From: Camelus ferus
Taxonomy: Eukaryota
Assembly (NCBI RefSeq): GCF_009834535.1
Contig: NC_045697.1
Span: 16,804,001-16,868,000 of the forward strand
Direction of reading: 5' to 3'
DNA: 64,000 nt
Under the pieces are notes generated by a model. That model was given only the letters and a program-made list of their open reading frames with translations. It made no database searches and was not told the origin of the DNA. Numbering within the stretch: position 1 is the first letter of the stretch; each line of letters opens with the position of its first letter. Made by a program: the position numbers and the translations under genes. Positions 51,011 through 63,647 of this stretch are shown one piece after another.

Positions 51011-51539
51011 TACCAGCATCACAACCATCATTCTCACTGAATTGGCTACTAGGCAGTTGTCTCCTATAAGATCTCGTGCCTTCCCTTCCTTCCGGTCCCA
51101 GCGCTGATCCCACCACACCCAGAGCCAGCCCTCTCAGGTGGCTGGCGACCCCGCCTTCCCCTAGAGGACCCACAGCACTCCTCTTTCCTGCCCATTCTCT
51201 ACGCCTACTCTCTTGTATACACCATCATCCTTTCCTTCTATATACCTAATTTCAGTAACCTAGATCATAACAGCTTATCCCTAATAATAAATACCTCATC
51301 AAAGTAAAAACTACGGAGAATTTGCATTTGCCCAGAACTCTGTAGCTTGCAAAGGGCTTTCACCAAGGGGATATTTGCAGAGATCGGCAGAATAATCCCC
51401 TTGGTCAGTAGGGCAAGTATGAAGGTCCTCGAATTACTGAGGAGACCGTGTGCCCCAGAGAAGCACAGATGCTACGTGGTGTGTCTGAAGCAACCCAGCT
51501 GCATTGTGTGGAGCTGATACCAGGAGAGAGTGTTGATTA

Positions 51540-51790
51540 AAAGGCTGATATTTCTTGAGTGCTTACTGTGTATGTTGTTCTAAAAGTGTTATATGTCCGA
51601 GTACATTAACCTTCAAATAATCATATGAAGCAAGGGCTCCCACTATGTGCTTTATTACTAACAAGGAAACTGAGTCACCGGGCTGTTCAGCAGTTTGCCT
51701 GGGCCCTTCGACCGGTGAGCAATGCAGCTGTGATCCGCACCGAAGCCCACCGTGCGCAGCACAGCCAGAGCCGCTGCACACTCTGCCTGT
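51540..51790 (-). mobile_element. MIR SINE
   Basis: ttgagtgcttactgtgt..gttctaa ... aaggaaactgagtcac. Confidence 0.7.
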
Positions 51791-53633
51791 CTTGAGGACA
51801 GAATTTCTTCTATACTTATTAGGAATCCTCCAGTGCTGGGAAGAACACAATGAATATTGAAGAGGCTCAATATGTATTTATTTATTTATATTTAAAACAG
51901 TTTACTCTCCTGGAGGAAGAACAAGTTTCTTGGCACGTTGGAAGGCTTTGATTGTTTATTTTCTTCCCAAGTTCCCGTAATGATCACGGCTGCCCACGGA
52001 TCAGCTTTCTCTCATGTCTCTTTACATGCAGCTCCAGCCCTAGACCTGTGGACATTCCGTTATTTTGTATTTCTTTCGGCCACTGGGTCACCCATCGGAC
52101 CCACCCATGTTGCTCTCCCAGGCATCCGGCTTTGAGAGCAGCCTCTGAGCATAAATCGCACACTCTCAGCAGGAGGCACCTTCAATACTACTAGCTCAAA
52201 ATAGCCATTATGTCCCTTAATCTTTTCTCCTGGGGTGGGTAAGGACTTTCCTTGTTTCCCTTTTTCTTTTCCCACTGAGATGAGGAAACAGTTCTCCTTA
52301 ACCTTTCGAAAGCGAACAAAAGACAGCAAAGCAGTGACACCAGATATGGATACAGACATGTGAGTTACGGTGACTAGTCTGACTGTTCTCTGCGACTGTT
52401 TAGTATGTGACGGTCCCACTTCTCATTTACCAAAAGCAACGCGGACTTACTAACCCTGACAGACTTCTTATTTCACTAGATCTACTCTTTCCTCTGGGTC
52501 TAAGAATTCCTATGTCAGTCTGCAAGCAGACTCGAGAAAAAGCTGGGGTACAGCACATTCTAACTCACCACAGCAGCATCCATTCAATAGGAGAGGGAAC
52601 CGAACGACACTCAGCCCTTTTCCTGCCACTGCCAGGGCTGGGTGCTCCTGCTGCAAACTCCTCAGGCTTCGCAGCTGGAGCTGAGGCCGAATGAAGTCAG
52701 ATGAGCCTGGCCACTTTAAGCACAGCCCCGCTGTTTTGCAACTTAGCAGAAAACAAGCTGTTAGCCACATGTCCCAGCATAGCCCCTTCAATTTTCCAAA
52801 TCATGATGTGTACACTTGGCTGTTTATGTCTGGGGTGGCCACCATCATATGTGGTTATACCAGGGGGTAGGTTGCCTTTAGGAAGCACTGCCTGGAGGTT
52901 TCATGCAATTACGCTTGAATTTGACCCTCAGAGAATGGCAGATACAATCCATGGAGTCATATGCTATGTTCTTCACCTTGATAAATTTCTTTCTGTGAGT
53001 GCTTACCGACCATACAAAATGCGTTACCTGTAGCTAAGGGACCTCGGGTCACTACTCTTTGTACGGCCTTTCTTCCCGCCTCCACGGAAAAAATACCAGA
53101 TCAGTATCTATTTGGAAGAGTGTCAGTGACTATGATTTTGGCTAAAGGTCAAAAGGCTTTTATACCCCAGATTTTTTTTTCCTTTGTAATTTTTCTAAAA
53201 TGAGAAAAATGGTACCACTTCTGTCTATTTCTTAGTATCCTTATCATGATATATGCCATTTGGACATTCGGCAAGTACAGCTGCATTGGCTGTTAAAATA
53301 TTAAAACACATCCGTGCAGGCTAGTTGGGTACACCAGTGCTCACCCTAGGATGCAACCTCTCTTGGAGGCAACAACTAAGGGGGAGAGCCTAGCACAGCA
53401 GAGCAGGAGGCTCCACCAGCCCTCTCTGGGCTGGATCTGGGTCCATTAGTATTGGCCACCGTACCTCTGGTTATATATTCCAAATAGCGTCCCTGGATAT
53501 ATGGGATAATAAATGCAAGACTACTTAAAGATTCTTGGAAGTATAGTCCCAAGGTTCCATGTATATTTAAGATAATATTACAGTAATAACTCACGTAATC
53601 AATATGGTTGGGGCATAGTATGTTCAGAATTAC

Positions 53634-53699
53634 CTGATTTGCCATTTACTCGAGGTTAATCCATTTCTGCAGGGAAACTGACCGAAGCAAAGGACCTCC
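53634..53699 (-). other. Candidate 66-nt internal exon (probably 5' UTR or start-codon exon)
   Basis: Acceptor CCCTCTCTCTATTGTTTGTAG|G at 53700/53699 and donor CAG|GTAATT at 53634/53633; repeat-free context; CpGs retained in the exon. Confidence 0.6.
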
Positions 53700-56006
53700 C
53701 TACAAACAATAGAGAGAGGGTATCTTGGACCTGTTTTTCAGACATTTGACTTTAGTGATTGAGCTTGTCTCTAATTCATATTTTTAGCAGAAAAGAGCAC
53801 TTTTTCACCAAATACAAATACGACATCTGTCATCTGGACCATCACACATACATAGAAACAGCACACGATGCCTGCCAAGTTGCTGATCTCCGATGATGTT
53901 GGTTAAGCAGGATGGAAGAGAGAAAATTCATCCTCCCCAAATGATACAGGAATAAAGGCACAGACATTTAAAGAAATAAAGTAAAATTTGAAATGTAAAA
54001 CGTCAGAGGTGGTGCTTAGGAATAATGAAACTGTAAGAAGTTAAACACAATCAGGTTTAAAGAGATAATGATAAAAATGAAAATCTGAAATCTCTTGCCA
54101 GTAGAGTAAACCTAGTCTAGGAAGAGGAATTCAATATTTCTTGCAAATAAACAGCAGTTTCTAAAAATAGAAAGCACAGATGTGCAAAGCAGAAAGTTTC
54201 AGGTAGTGATGGTCAAAGTATGACTTTTTGTGACTCTCTGAAATTACAGAAGAGGGATTGTAAGCCGGCAGGTAACTGAGATTTTATTAAACTGACAGAC
54301 TGTATTTTAACACATTCCTGATGAAATATACATGTGCTCACTTTTCAGATGTAATCTGTATGAAAGCACTTTGTGAAGCACTAAACCAGTATACGTTCAA
54401 GTAGATTCCAAAGAATCAAATACCTGTGAGAGACTTAGTGAAAAATCAAACTATGATTTCACATTGTTTCTCTGTTAGATATTCACAACCCTCATGAATC
54501 TATTAAAGGCTCTGAAAAGTCCTGCAATTATGGTTTTTTCTTTCTTTAACTTTTTTTTTTTCTTTCTTTAATCAGTATTTCCCAAATTTACCTGAGCAGA
54601 GAAACCTTTTTCATTTGTCACAATTTGGGGAATGTTCCATTAGCATAATAGAAGGAGTTAGTTATCATTTTGCTCTTGGAAGATTTTTGAAACACAAATT
54701 TTCTGTGCATATCTTCAGGTGTCCGACCCTCAAGATTCTCAGTTACCCTCACAGGCTTCACCTGTGACTCCCTAGCTGTACCAGTGATGTTGGTTTGAGG
54801 GTCTTTCAGCTGCTGGTTAAGCAAAGATTAACTGTATTATTATTTGATTTCAGCGATTCTACCTACTGTCAACCCTCCACAGAATCAGATAAGTCCTACC
54901 ACTGTGGTCTTCCTGGGCTCAGGATGCTGGCTTGCAAGCTTCCCTGATTGCTGCACCCCCCTTCACTTCCGACCCTGCATTTTTATCACTGGCAAGTGTT
55001 AGCAGGAAGGGCAGTCCTGTGGCTGAAGAAAGAAAGAAAATTTAGAGCAAGTGCCTTCTTTTAAGGAGAGCAGCCTTAGCAAAAATGTTACAAATTAGCT
55101 ACAATATCAGGTTCTCATTCTTTCCTGATTTCCTCAGGTGCCTGTACTTGGCTCTCCAACGGCTTTCAAATTTTATTTTCCTTTCTTTGATTGTGCCTGT
55201 AGAAAGATGGAATTCTAAAGGAAATGCATCATAAAATTTATATTTGGGCAGTCTTATCAGCATTGGACATACATAATCTTTCCTTGCAAAGTTTTTGCTA
55301 TGAAATTGCACACAAATTTGTTTCTAAAAAGAGGGAGACAGAGAGAGGAAACCCTCTATGTTTTTATGGTGTTTGATGTCTATTTATATGTTTCTTAAAG
55401 ATAAAGCATTTATTCTATGCATGATTTGAATTTTAAGCATCTCTTCTCTTTGCCTTAACGGAAGTGAATTCTTATGGCATAGCCAAATTTTACACTCAAT
55501 TTATTCTGTAGAGTAACTCCCTTTCTCCAGATGGGACTATAAACCAGTAGAAAAAAAAAAAGTTTTTTTAAGTGTTCCTAATTGAAAATATGGGATCTAC
55601 TTCTGAAATAAAATCAAAAGCTCAGGGAAAAGCACAGAACATTATTGGTAGAGGATACTGATACCCATAAAACAAAATAAATTTATTGGAGCCAGTCTGG
55701 CTTGGTAACTAGGATGGGTCGGTAACTCTCAAGGCACTGTCTGGCCGAGTCATGGAAAGGGCAGTGTATGGCAGGATGCCGAAGAGGAAAGACTAACTTA
55801 TAGGGTAAAAAAGATTCCTCCAGCTTCTTTGAAAGCTATAGGAAATCAAAGAGAATGGCTTCTAATGGCCTCGAAGATGAAAGGGAGAAGAATTAACTAC
55901 AGAGCCATGGAGAGCAGGCCAAGTACTGGACAGATTGACAGGGACCACTGTTTACGGAGGATCCAGTAATGATAACATGGGAAAAAAAACTTCTTTGCTT
56001 AAGAAT

Positions 56007-56028
56007 TGTGTGTGTGTGTGTGTGTGTG
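56007..56028. repeat. (TG)11 microsatellite
   Basis: Read directly. Confidence 0.95.
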
Positions 56029-56119
56029 TATTTCCCCACAAAACACCTGTAATAATGCTCTGTGCAAGCAGAACAGACCTCCACCAGGAACCCAAAATTA
56101 TATCATAATAGCACCACCT

Positions 56120-57180
56120 CATAATAGTTGTTGAGTGCTTACTGTGTTCCAGGAAACTGTGCTAAGCTCTATGCAGGTATGATTAAATTCTCACAGAAAC
56201 CTTTGAGGCTGAAATCCTGTCCCTAGTGGTCACCGTCACATGAAAGGTCCTAAGCAAATATTCATTGAATTAATAAATGTTGCCTTGATGTAGTTACCAC
56301 TATTCTTCTTCTACATACCAGAAAAATGGAGTCTGGGAGAGCCTTGCAGAGGTGAGGGAAGCGTATGGCTAGTAGTTGCAGAGGCTGGCTGGCACCCAGG
56401 ACTGTCTGCGTCTATGTTTTATTTAGGCAATACTAACTAAATTAAGACAGAGATGCGAATGATCTTTCCTCATAAAGGCTACAAGGGATGGGGTCTCGGG
56501 ACCTGGAGCCATGGCTGGAGGGACAGCACAAAAGCCAGGAGAGAGTTAAGAGCATGGGTATAGGACAAAGGGCCACCTAGTTTGATTTGGGAGTCCGTTA
56601 GAACTAACTGTGTGATTAATTATCCTCTTTGCTGATCTCAGTTTCTTTATCTGCAAAATGGGGGAGTCGAAATCCATCTTATTCAATTGCGAAAGCTTCA
56701 GGCCGTGTAGACAAAGTGGTATTGAAGTGTTCAAAACTGGTAAATATTATTTTTATTGTGTGTAAGAAAAATAGCAACCCTAGCTGCCCTGAGTTTGTCG
56801 AGTGGCATTTCATCGTATGACCACGTGAAACTAAGAACCACTTGGGACCTTGGTTTCTTCATCAGCACAAATACGGAGTTGAACTATGAAGGGGTTCTAG
56901 GGTCACCTCCTGCTTTCAAGCTCAGCTGTGCTAGTCACTCCTGACAGCATAACAGTGACGAGTGCAGGTGCGATGAGGGCCAGGCCTGCCGGAGTCAGAT
57001 TCTTGCTCAGCCACTTCAAAGTTGTGCGGTCCTGAGCACAGTGCTTAACCCCTTAAGGGCCTTAATTTCTAATTTCTAATATACAAAATAGTAACGTCAT
57101 AGTCTCAGCTTCCACCTTTGTAACAAATGAAATGATAGTAACTACTGGATACAGTTGTTGCGAGGATCAAAGAAATGTTC
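56120..57180. mobile_element. Cluster of MIR and L2 fragments
   Basis: ttgagtgcttactgtgttccagg (MIR, -); tctcagtttctttatctgcaaaatgggg (MIR, +); cagccacttc..gtgcttaacc (MIR, +). Confidence 0.65.
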
Positions 57181-57686
57181 GATGCTGAGGCCAGCTGTCA
57201 CAAAGAGGACAAATGGCCCTCTATCAGACAGCTTTTGGAGTTTGAAATTCTCACCATACACCTAAGTCAGGTATGGTGAGGCAGATACGAGACAAACAAA
57301 AAAATGAAGGACGGAATTCAGAAGGAATGAACACGATGGTAGTTCCAGCTTTGATGTGGAGCAGGAAAGGGAAACCATGGAGCTTTTATTTAGTCATTAA
57401 ATAAAGAGGGTTCCTAAAATGTAATAGCTCTGCTAACAACACCCCAACAACAATGTGCGCTTGGGACCCTGAAGAGGAGGATGGTTGGTCTTCAGGGGAA
57501 GAGATGCTCTCATAGAGAAGTGGGGCATTAAAAGAGTGGGAGTGAAGGTTGGGGTGTTAACTCCTTCACACACAGTTCTCTCCCAGATGTGAGATACACA
57601 ACTGTCACTCACCAAGGAAAGATCTAAGGTCTATTTCAAATAATGGTCTCAATGGACCATTTACTCAGACAGCCTTTAGGGTAGCT

Positions 57687-57996
57687 ATCATAGGCTAAAT
57701 TGTGTCTCCCCAAAATTGACATGTTCACATCCTAACCCCCTCAGTGTGACTATCTGGAGCCAGATCCTTTAGGAAGTAATTAAGGTTAAATGAGATCATA
57801 AGGGTGGGGCCCTGATCTGATAGTACTGACACCCTTATAAGAGGAGGAAGAAACACCAGAAATAGGTACGCACAAGGGGAAGGAACATGTGAGGGTACAG
57901 GGAGAAGGCGGCCACCTGCAAGCCAGGAAGAGACACCTCAGAAGAAACTCACCCAGCTGGCACTTTGACCTTGGACTTCCAGCCATCGCTAGAACC
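57687..57996 (+). mobile_element. MLT1A-type MaLR solo LTR (3'-truncated)
   Basis: gtaattaaggttaaatgagatcataagggtggggccctgatctgatag ... ctgcaagccaggaagag ... gaccttggacttccagcc. Confidence 0.9.
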
Positions 57997-59547
57997 ATCA
58001 CTGCTGAACACCTTTCCCACAACCCTCCCCTGAGGATGGAGTCTGCCCCTCTGCCGAGCTCAGCCCTACGGGCGGTGCTGCCCGGACCCTGCCCACTTCT
58101 GCACATGCACTAAAACCGTGAGGATCGGTCATCCAGCAGCTTCCCTGAGAATGCGCACAAAGCAAAATGGTACTTTACATACGACCACCCGTCCCCTAAA
58201 AAGAAGAACAGAATGGAAGCTTAGGTATCTGTAAACGTGTCCTTGTTTAAAAAAATAAGCAAAATCTCACAGAAACTGTTCACCTCATAAGGGGCTAAAA
58301 TGAGTGAAAAATTAAAGAAATGGATAGTTCTAAGACGAATACAAATATGAAAAAGAAAAACATTTTCACTCTCATTCAGCTTCTACCATCATCACCCCTT
58401 CTCTTCTGACTTTGAAGGCTAACATGGTACCTGTCTGTCAATAATGAAAGTAAGAAGTAAATGTATTTTGAGGCATCTATATTATAAGCCTCCTGACATA
58501 TTTTTATCACAATTTATATTAAATTGCCTTCTCTTTTCACATACTATGGGTGCCAAACTAACTTTAAAAAGCTGCTAGTAGATTGCATAGAAGGACAGAG
58601 AATCACACAGAAATGGTAGTATGTCCAGTTGGCATTTACAGAAGGTCTCCATTCAGACATGAGTGGCCATAGTTAGAACCCCACTCCCAGCCTCTGAGCA
58701 TCCAATTTCCATCCAGTTTTGCTCACTACCAGTTAAAAGGCTCCAGCATTACTTTGAACCCACTCCAACCTGACCATTTGAAAGAAAATTATGTATTCCA
58801 TAGTGAAATGCTTGCCAGTTAAGGTCACCCAAACATTCCACTCCATTCTGTTTGAATTTGCTGGCTGGAGACACTTTAATTCATTTTATAGCCGAACTGT
58901 TAGATTATGCTCCGTTTATTATAAACATTTGGTTTGCATAGAAGATTTGCTATGTTTTATTAATCCATCACATAGTCTTTCTAAAAATATGATGAACGAG
59001 GTAGCATCCAATGTCATTCTTTACACACTCATAGGTGGTTTGGCAATTAACGCGTTGAGCCTCGGCAGCTCTTCTGAATCAAAGGCTGTTTTCTGATACG
59101 GATCCATCTTGCCCACCTCATCTACGGAATTACAAAACATATGATAAATCCTGGCATTGGACAGAGTTATTTCCATCAGGTTATAACCCTATTTGATAAA
59201 CTCAAATCAGCAGCAAAACTATACCAGATTAATGAAAAGCCATCAGAAAGTGCACCATGCCATTTCGTTTCTGGGGAATTACAGCTAAGATACATTCTAA
59301 AACATTCAGAACAAATGGGGCAGGCTTTTTAGAAGTATATTTTATTTAAAGTGACTGGGAAAAAAAAAAAAAAACACCCGCAGGATTGTATGTTCACCAC
59401 ATCATGTCCAAGAAGCTGAAACAGGAACAAAATAAAATGGAATGTGTTTTTGCCAATGAACAAAAGCTTCTTCAATTATAAAACAGTAAACTGATAATAG
59501 AATCCCAGAGACAAAGAAGTAATATAAACACATGGCTCACCGCTTAC

Positions 59548-59576
59548 CGTATATACAGCATGGAAACAAGTTACAC
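59548..59576 (-). other. Candidate 29-nt micro-exon (36 nt with the alternative donor at 59541/59540)
   Basis: 80-nt AG-free pyrimidine tract, acceptor TAAG|G at 59577/59576, donors ACG|GTAAGC and GCG|GTGAGC. Confidence 0.6.
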
Positions 59577-61069
59577 CTTATTGCACACAGAGACAAGGAA
59601 AGAGCAAAAAAAAAAAAAAAAAAAGAAAAAAGACAGAAAATAGAGGAAGAAATAAAAGCTGCACACTTAGCCCGCGCTATATTCAAAGAATAACTTCACG
59701 TCTAAAAATGGTTTAACCCAATAACATAGCAAAAATTCTAGCTTATGTGTAATTTTTGAAGACTCCCAGCACCATCTTCTTTTTAAGAAGATAAAATTGT
59801 CATATTCAGATGCTGACCTTTCACCATGCAATATGAAGCCATTAATAAAAATTTACTTTAACACCAAGCCCAAAATGCTTTAAAATATCAATTTTAAAGG
59901 ATACTTTCTCTTGTATCCTTTATTATAAATGTTACACAGACAAAGGCAGAAACCAAAAATCAATTTTTAATATATTTCTTCCTACCACAGGGCATGAGAA
60001 ACATTAATGGTTTCTGCATCTACATGGTTACAATTATTAGCTTTGCCTTTCTAACACAGTGCTCATAAAGTATGCTGGGCTTACGATCTGGGGAGTGGGG
60101 GTGGGGGGCTATTCTTAAGGTTTTTCTGGATGTAAGTTAATAAGCAATAATCCAAGATCTTGAGAGTCATGCCATTACTTGCTTCCCCCATCCAGCATCC
60201 TGATATTTACATGATCACTTACACGGAAGCGGCAGAACAACTTAAAACTTAATGATCCCAATTCACAACCCCGCAGGGGGGAGAAGAAGCTGCTGGAAAC
60301 CTATTGAGGGATGTTACAGTGGCTCTTGCTGTACACGGAGGGGAAATAACCACTTCCATGGTTTTGCTTCTCCTCTGCTCAAAGGGACTCAGATGTGCTT
60401 CGTGCCTCTTCACTTCGTGTCCAGTGTCGTTACGGCTATTGCTGAGGACAGGTGCAGTGGACATTTCTTCTTCCATCTGCTCCTAGTGCCTGATCTCTCT
60501 GGAGAACCACTTCTGTCTCTCTGGGTGTCTTACAGGGACTGTTCATCAGGGTACGTGGCTCGCTCCTAGCCATGGGTACGCACAGGCATCAGCCCGCTGA
60601 AAAGACTGCTTTACAGGTCCTCAGGAATGCTCTGGCCCCGACGGTACCGAAACCTGGTTCTTCAGGCCTTCCTCTAATTCTGTTAGCTTCCCCATAGCCT
60701 TTCCTCTCTGCTTTAACGAACATAACCAGCATCACTTCCTGTGGCTTGAATTCAAACTACCTGCCAGCAGAAAAGGGGAGACAAGCAGCTTGCTCTTCAC
60801 TGTCCTCCAGACTCATAGTCAGTGATGCCACTTATCTGCTTAAGTATTTTCTGTAGCTCCCGTCCTTCTCTGTGGTTTGAAATCCTTACTCCTCTGCCAG
60901 GCCCTCAAGGCTCTTGTGCACTGGTTTCACACTGTCCATCCAAACTCACCTCCCACTTCCTACAACAAGGAATCCACAGAAACTGAGCAAATTTACTTTC
61001 CTTGCTTAACATTCTATTCTGGGCAGAGCCATGTTCTTTTGGTCCTGCCACTTCATACATCTCCCCGTC

Positions 61070-61480
61070 TTTATCAACCGTGATTCTTAGTTGGAAACAA
61101 CAGAACCCATTTGTGCCAGTTTAAGCTGAAGGAAAAATTATCAAACGATGTAAACTTCATCTGAGAAACTCCAAGAGCATTATTAGGCCAGAGGCTCAGC
61201 AACCAAGCGAGAGCAATGCTCCAGTTACATCCCAGGCCTGCTCAGGGGGGCACAAGGCAGTTGAGGCAGGACTGCCCACTGCCCAGAAAGACTGGCACAG
61301 GAGGCTTCCCCGCAGTTCTCTCCCCGTCACTGCCTCTGAAAGCAGGTTCTGAGTGGAGCCTACTCCTTCCCGTATTTTGTTTCCAAACTAAAATGAATAT
61401 GGGTGCAGAATGTAGACCACATGCCTGCACCTTAGAAAGGACCCTGGGAAGAAGATTCTGTCTTCTGCCTTTAGGGAGGA
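61070..61480 (-). mobile_element. Old MLT1-type MaLR LTR
   Basis: ttcttagttggaaacaacagaaccc..tttaagc ... ccacatgcctgcacc..ctgggaag. Confidence 0.55.
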
Positions 61481-61677
61481 CAAATGCATATGGTGCTGGG
61501 TGTCCCTGAACTTGACAAGCCTCCACTATCCTAGCTCCTCTGGCCCTACCTCCTCCATAAGACCGTCTTCAAGCTTTTACTATGCAACGTTCTCCCTTGT
61601 CTCTGAATTCCTTTTAACTTACTATCAACATCTCCAGTGTTCAGCTGGATTAAACACATTTAAACCACATTATGATT

Positions 61678-61810
61678 GGGGGCTGGATGTAGCTCAGTGG
61701 TAGAACACATGTTTAGCATGCATGAGGTCCTGGGTTCAATTCCCAGCACCCTCATTAAAAATAAAGTAAGATTTATTTTTAAAAAAAGAATATAAAAATC
61801 TTATTAAAAA
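61678..61810 (+). mobile_element. tRNA-Ala(AGC)-derived SINE of camelid type
   Basis: A box TAGCTCAGTGG, B box GGTTCAATTCC, AT-rich tail, 16-bp TSD with 2 mismatches (61661-61676 and 61811-61826). Confidence 0.9.
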
Positions 61811-61826
61811 TAAACTACCTTATGAT

Positions 61827-61945
61827 GTGCAGAGCATTTCCATACATATCATCTCTTTTGATCTTCTCAACACTCTGTCAGTTGGGTTTCTACTTTTGTA
61901 GGTGAGGCAGTGGAGTTTTGGTAAAGTTGAATGACTTGCCCAACT
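61827..61945 (-). mobile_element. MIR fragment next to the SINE insertion
   Basis: catctcttttgatcttctcaaca ... gttgaatgacttgcccaa. Confidence 0.7.
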
Positions 61946-62937
61946 TCTTACTTAAAACACACTCTCCACATTACCCTCAGTAAACACGCTATGAGGGCAG
62001 AAGTTTCCTTGGGTGTCTGTTTTCTCAAATGGCTAACCTCATATCTAGAAAAGTGTAACAGACTTGGCATGTATGCTGTCTTTTCTGAACTCACAGAACA
62101 ATGTTAAACAGCACGCCCACCAAGGGACATCACATTTCCAAGGACAACGAGGAGGAAATGTTTCCAGGATACCATTGCTGCAGAAATTCCCCTTTAGGTC
62201 CCTTACAGCCACTCAAGCCAGCTGGGCAGCTTGAGAGAAATTAGGTGTGGGCTGGAAAAACAGCATTTCTGGAAAAAGGGATCAGCATCACCTATTAAAG
62301 AGAAGGAGTCAGGAGGAGGAAGTTTCCCTGCACAGAAACCGAGAGGACAGCCCCACACCTTCAGAGGGGAGCCAAGAACAGACATCAAGGACCTAAAAGC
62401 AGGAACGTCAAAAGCTTTTTAAGCTCTGTAATTTCTCCATGTGTATGTGTTTTTAAAAAATTATTCTTCTTCCTTGTTTGGTTTTGGTTTTGGTTTTGTA
62501 TTTCTTTTTTTTATTTCTTGTTCTTGAATTTCTTTTTTTTTTTTTTTTTTTGCCCTGATTTGTTTGACCACAAAGTGCTCAGCCATGGTACTTTTCTTTG
62601 AGACCACAAGGAATGGGAAAGCTAAGGAGATGCTGGTCTTTGTGGGAAGAGAGAGCTCAGGGATGGGATGAGGGTGACTGCATTAAAGAAAAGGGAAGCA
62701 GAAGAGCTTGTATGACAAACGGGCCCTGAGGCAGAAACAAAATGCAAGACCAAAATTGAGGCGCAGAATTAATCAGACAAAGAACAAGAAGTTTTGACTC
62801 GGCTGCATCAAGAAAGTGATACTTTTCATCTCATTTCTCCTCAAACACTAAAAGTATATCCACCCTCACCCATAAGCAAGAGATTTCTGAGAAACTCCTT
62901 GGTATATGCCTTCTCTCCCCAGTATGGGTTTTTTATC

Positions 62938-63400
62938 TGTCAGGAGATAGATGTTTTACCATAACAAAGATGCTCAAAATAACAGTGGGTTAAAAAGAAA
63001 AAAAGTTTCTCATGGTAGTTCAAATAACATGCAGTCCTAGTCTGAAATGCTAGGACTGTTTCAAGTATTTAGCCTGAATGGTAGGTACCTGACCATCCTC
63101 AACACACTGACCTAGAGGGCTGCCCCAGCTCCTGCTATCATGACAACATTCCAGCCATTGGGAAGAGGAACATGACATTCTACTAGGCGTGCTCCTGCTT
63201 TTTATGGGTGGGGCCTGGAAGTTGAAAACATGCTCACTGACATCCCATTGGCTACAACACTACACTGCCCCACTACAAGAAAGTCAAAGAAATGGAGTCT
63301 GTAACTGGGCAGTCAGGTGCTCAGCTAGAACTCAGAGCTGCTACACTACAGTAAAGAAGAAATGAGAGATATGGAGGGACAGCCATCAGTGTTTGCCAAA
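62938..63400 (-). mobile_element. MLT1J-like MaLR LTR
   Basis: aaaataacagtgggttaaa ... ctcctgctatcatg..cattccagcc ... catcccattggc ... ctcagctagaa. Confidence 0.7.
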
Positions 63401-63409
63401 AAGGCTAGA

Positions 63410-63625
63410 AATAAAAAAGACCTAGGATAAAATACTGGTGCCATCACTGACCAGCTCCTTAACTTTAAATAGGTTACTATCCTGGTTAAGTTTTGATTTT
63501 CACATCTATAAAGTGAGCGTAAAAACACCCATCATATAGAAGAGTTACGAAGAATCAGTGGGATAAATGCACGTAAAGAACCTGGCCCACAGAACTGGCA
63601 ATTGATAAATGACAGTTATTAGTCT
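63410..63625 (+). mobile_element. MIR SINE
   Basis: catctataaagtg ... gataaatgcacgtaaagaacctggc. Confidence 0.65.
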
Positions 63626-63647
63626 TTTACTGTTATTATTTTTAACT

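Noticed and set aside
57250..57280. 10-bp inverted repeat CTCACCATAC/GTATGGTGAG with an 11-nt loop
   Set aside because: Too short for a pre-miRNA; stems of this size occur by chance in 64 kb.
61678..61752. Functional tRNA-Ala gene
   Set aside because: Stem mismatches, AT-rich tail and flanking TSD show a retroposed SINE.
63033..63058. 9-bp hairpin CAGTCCTAG/CTAGGACTG
   Set aside because: Short and inside a MaLR LTR remnant.
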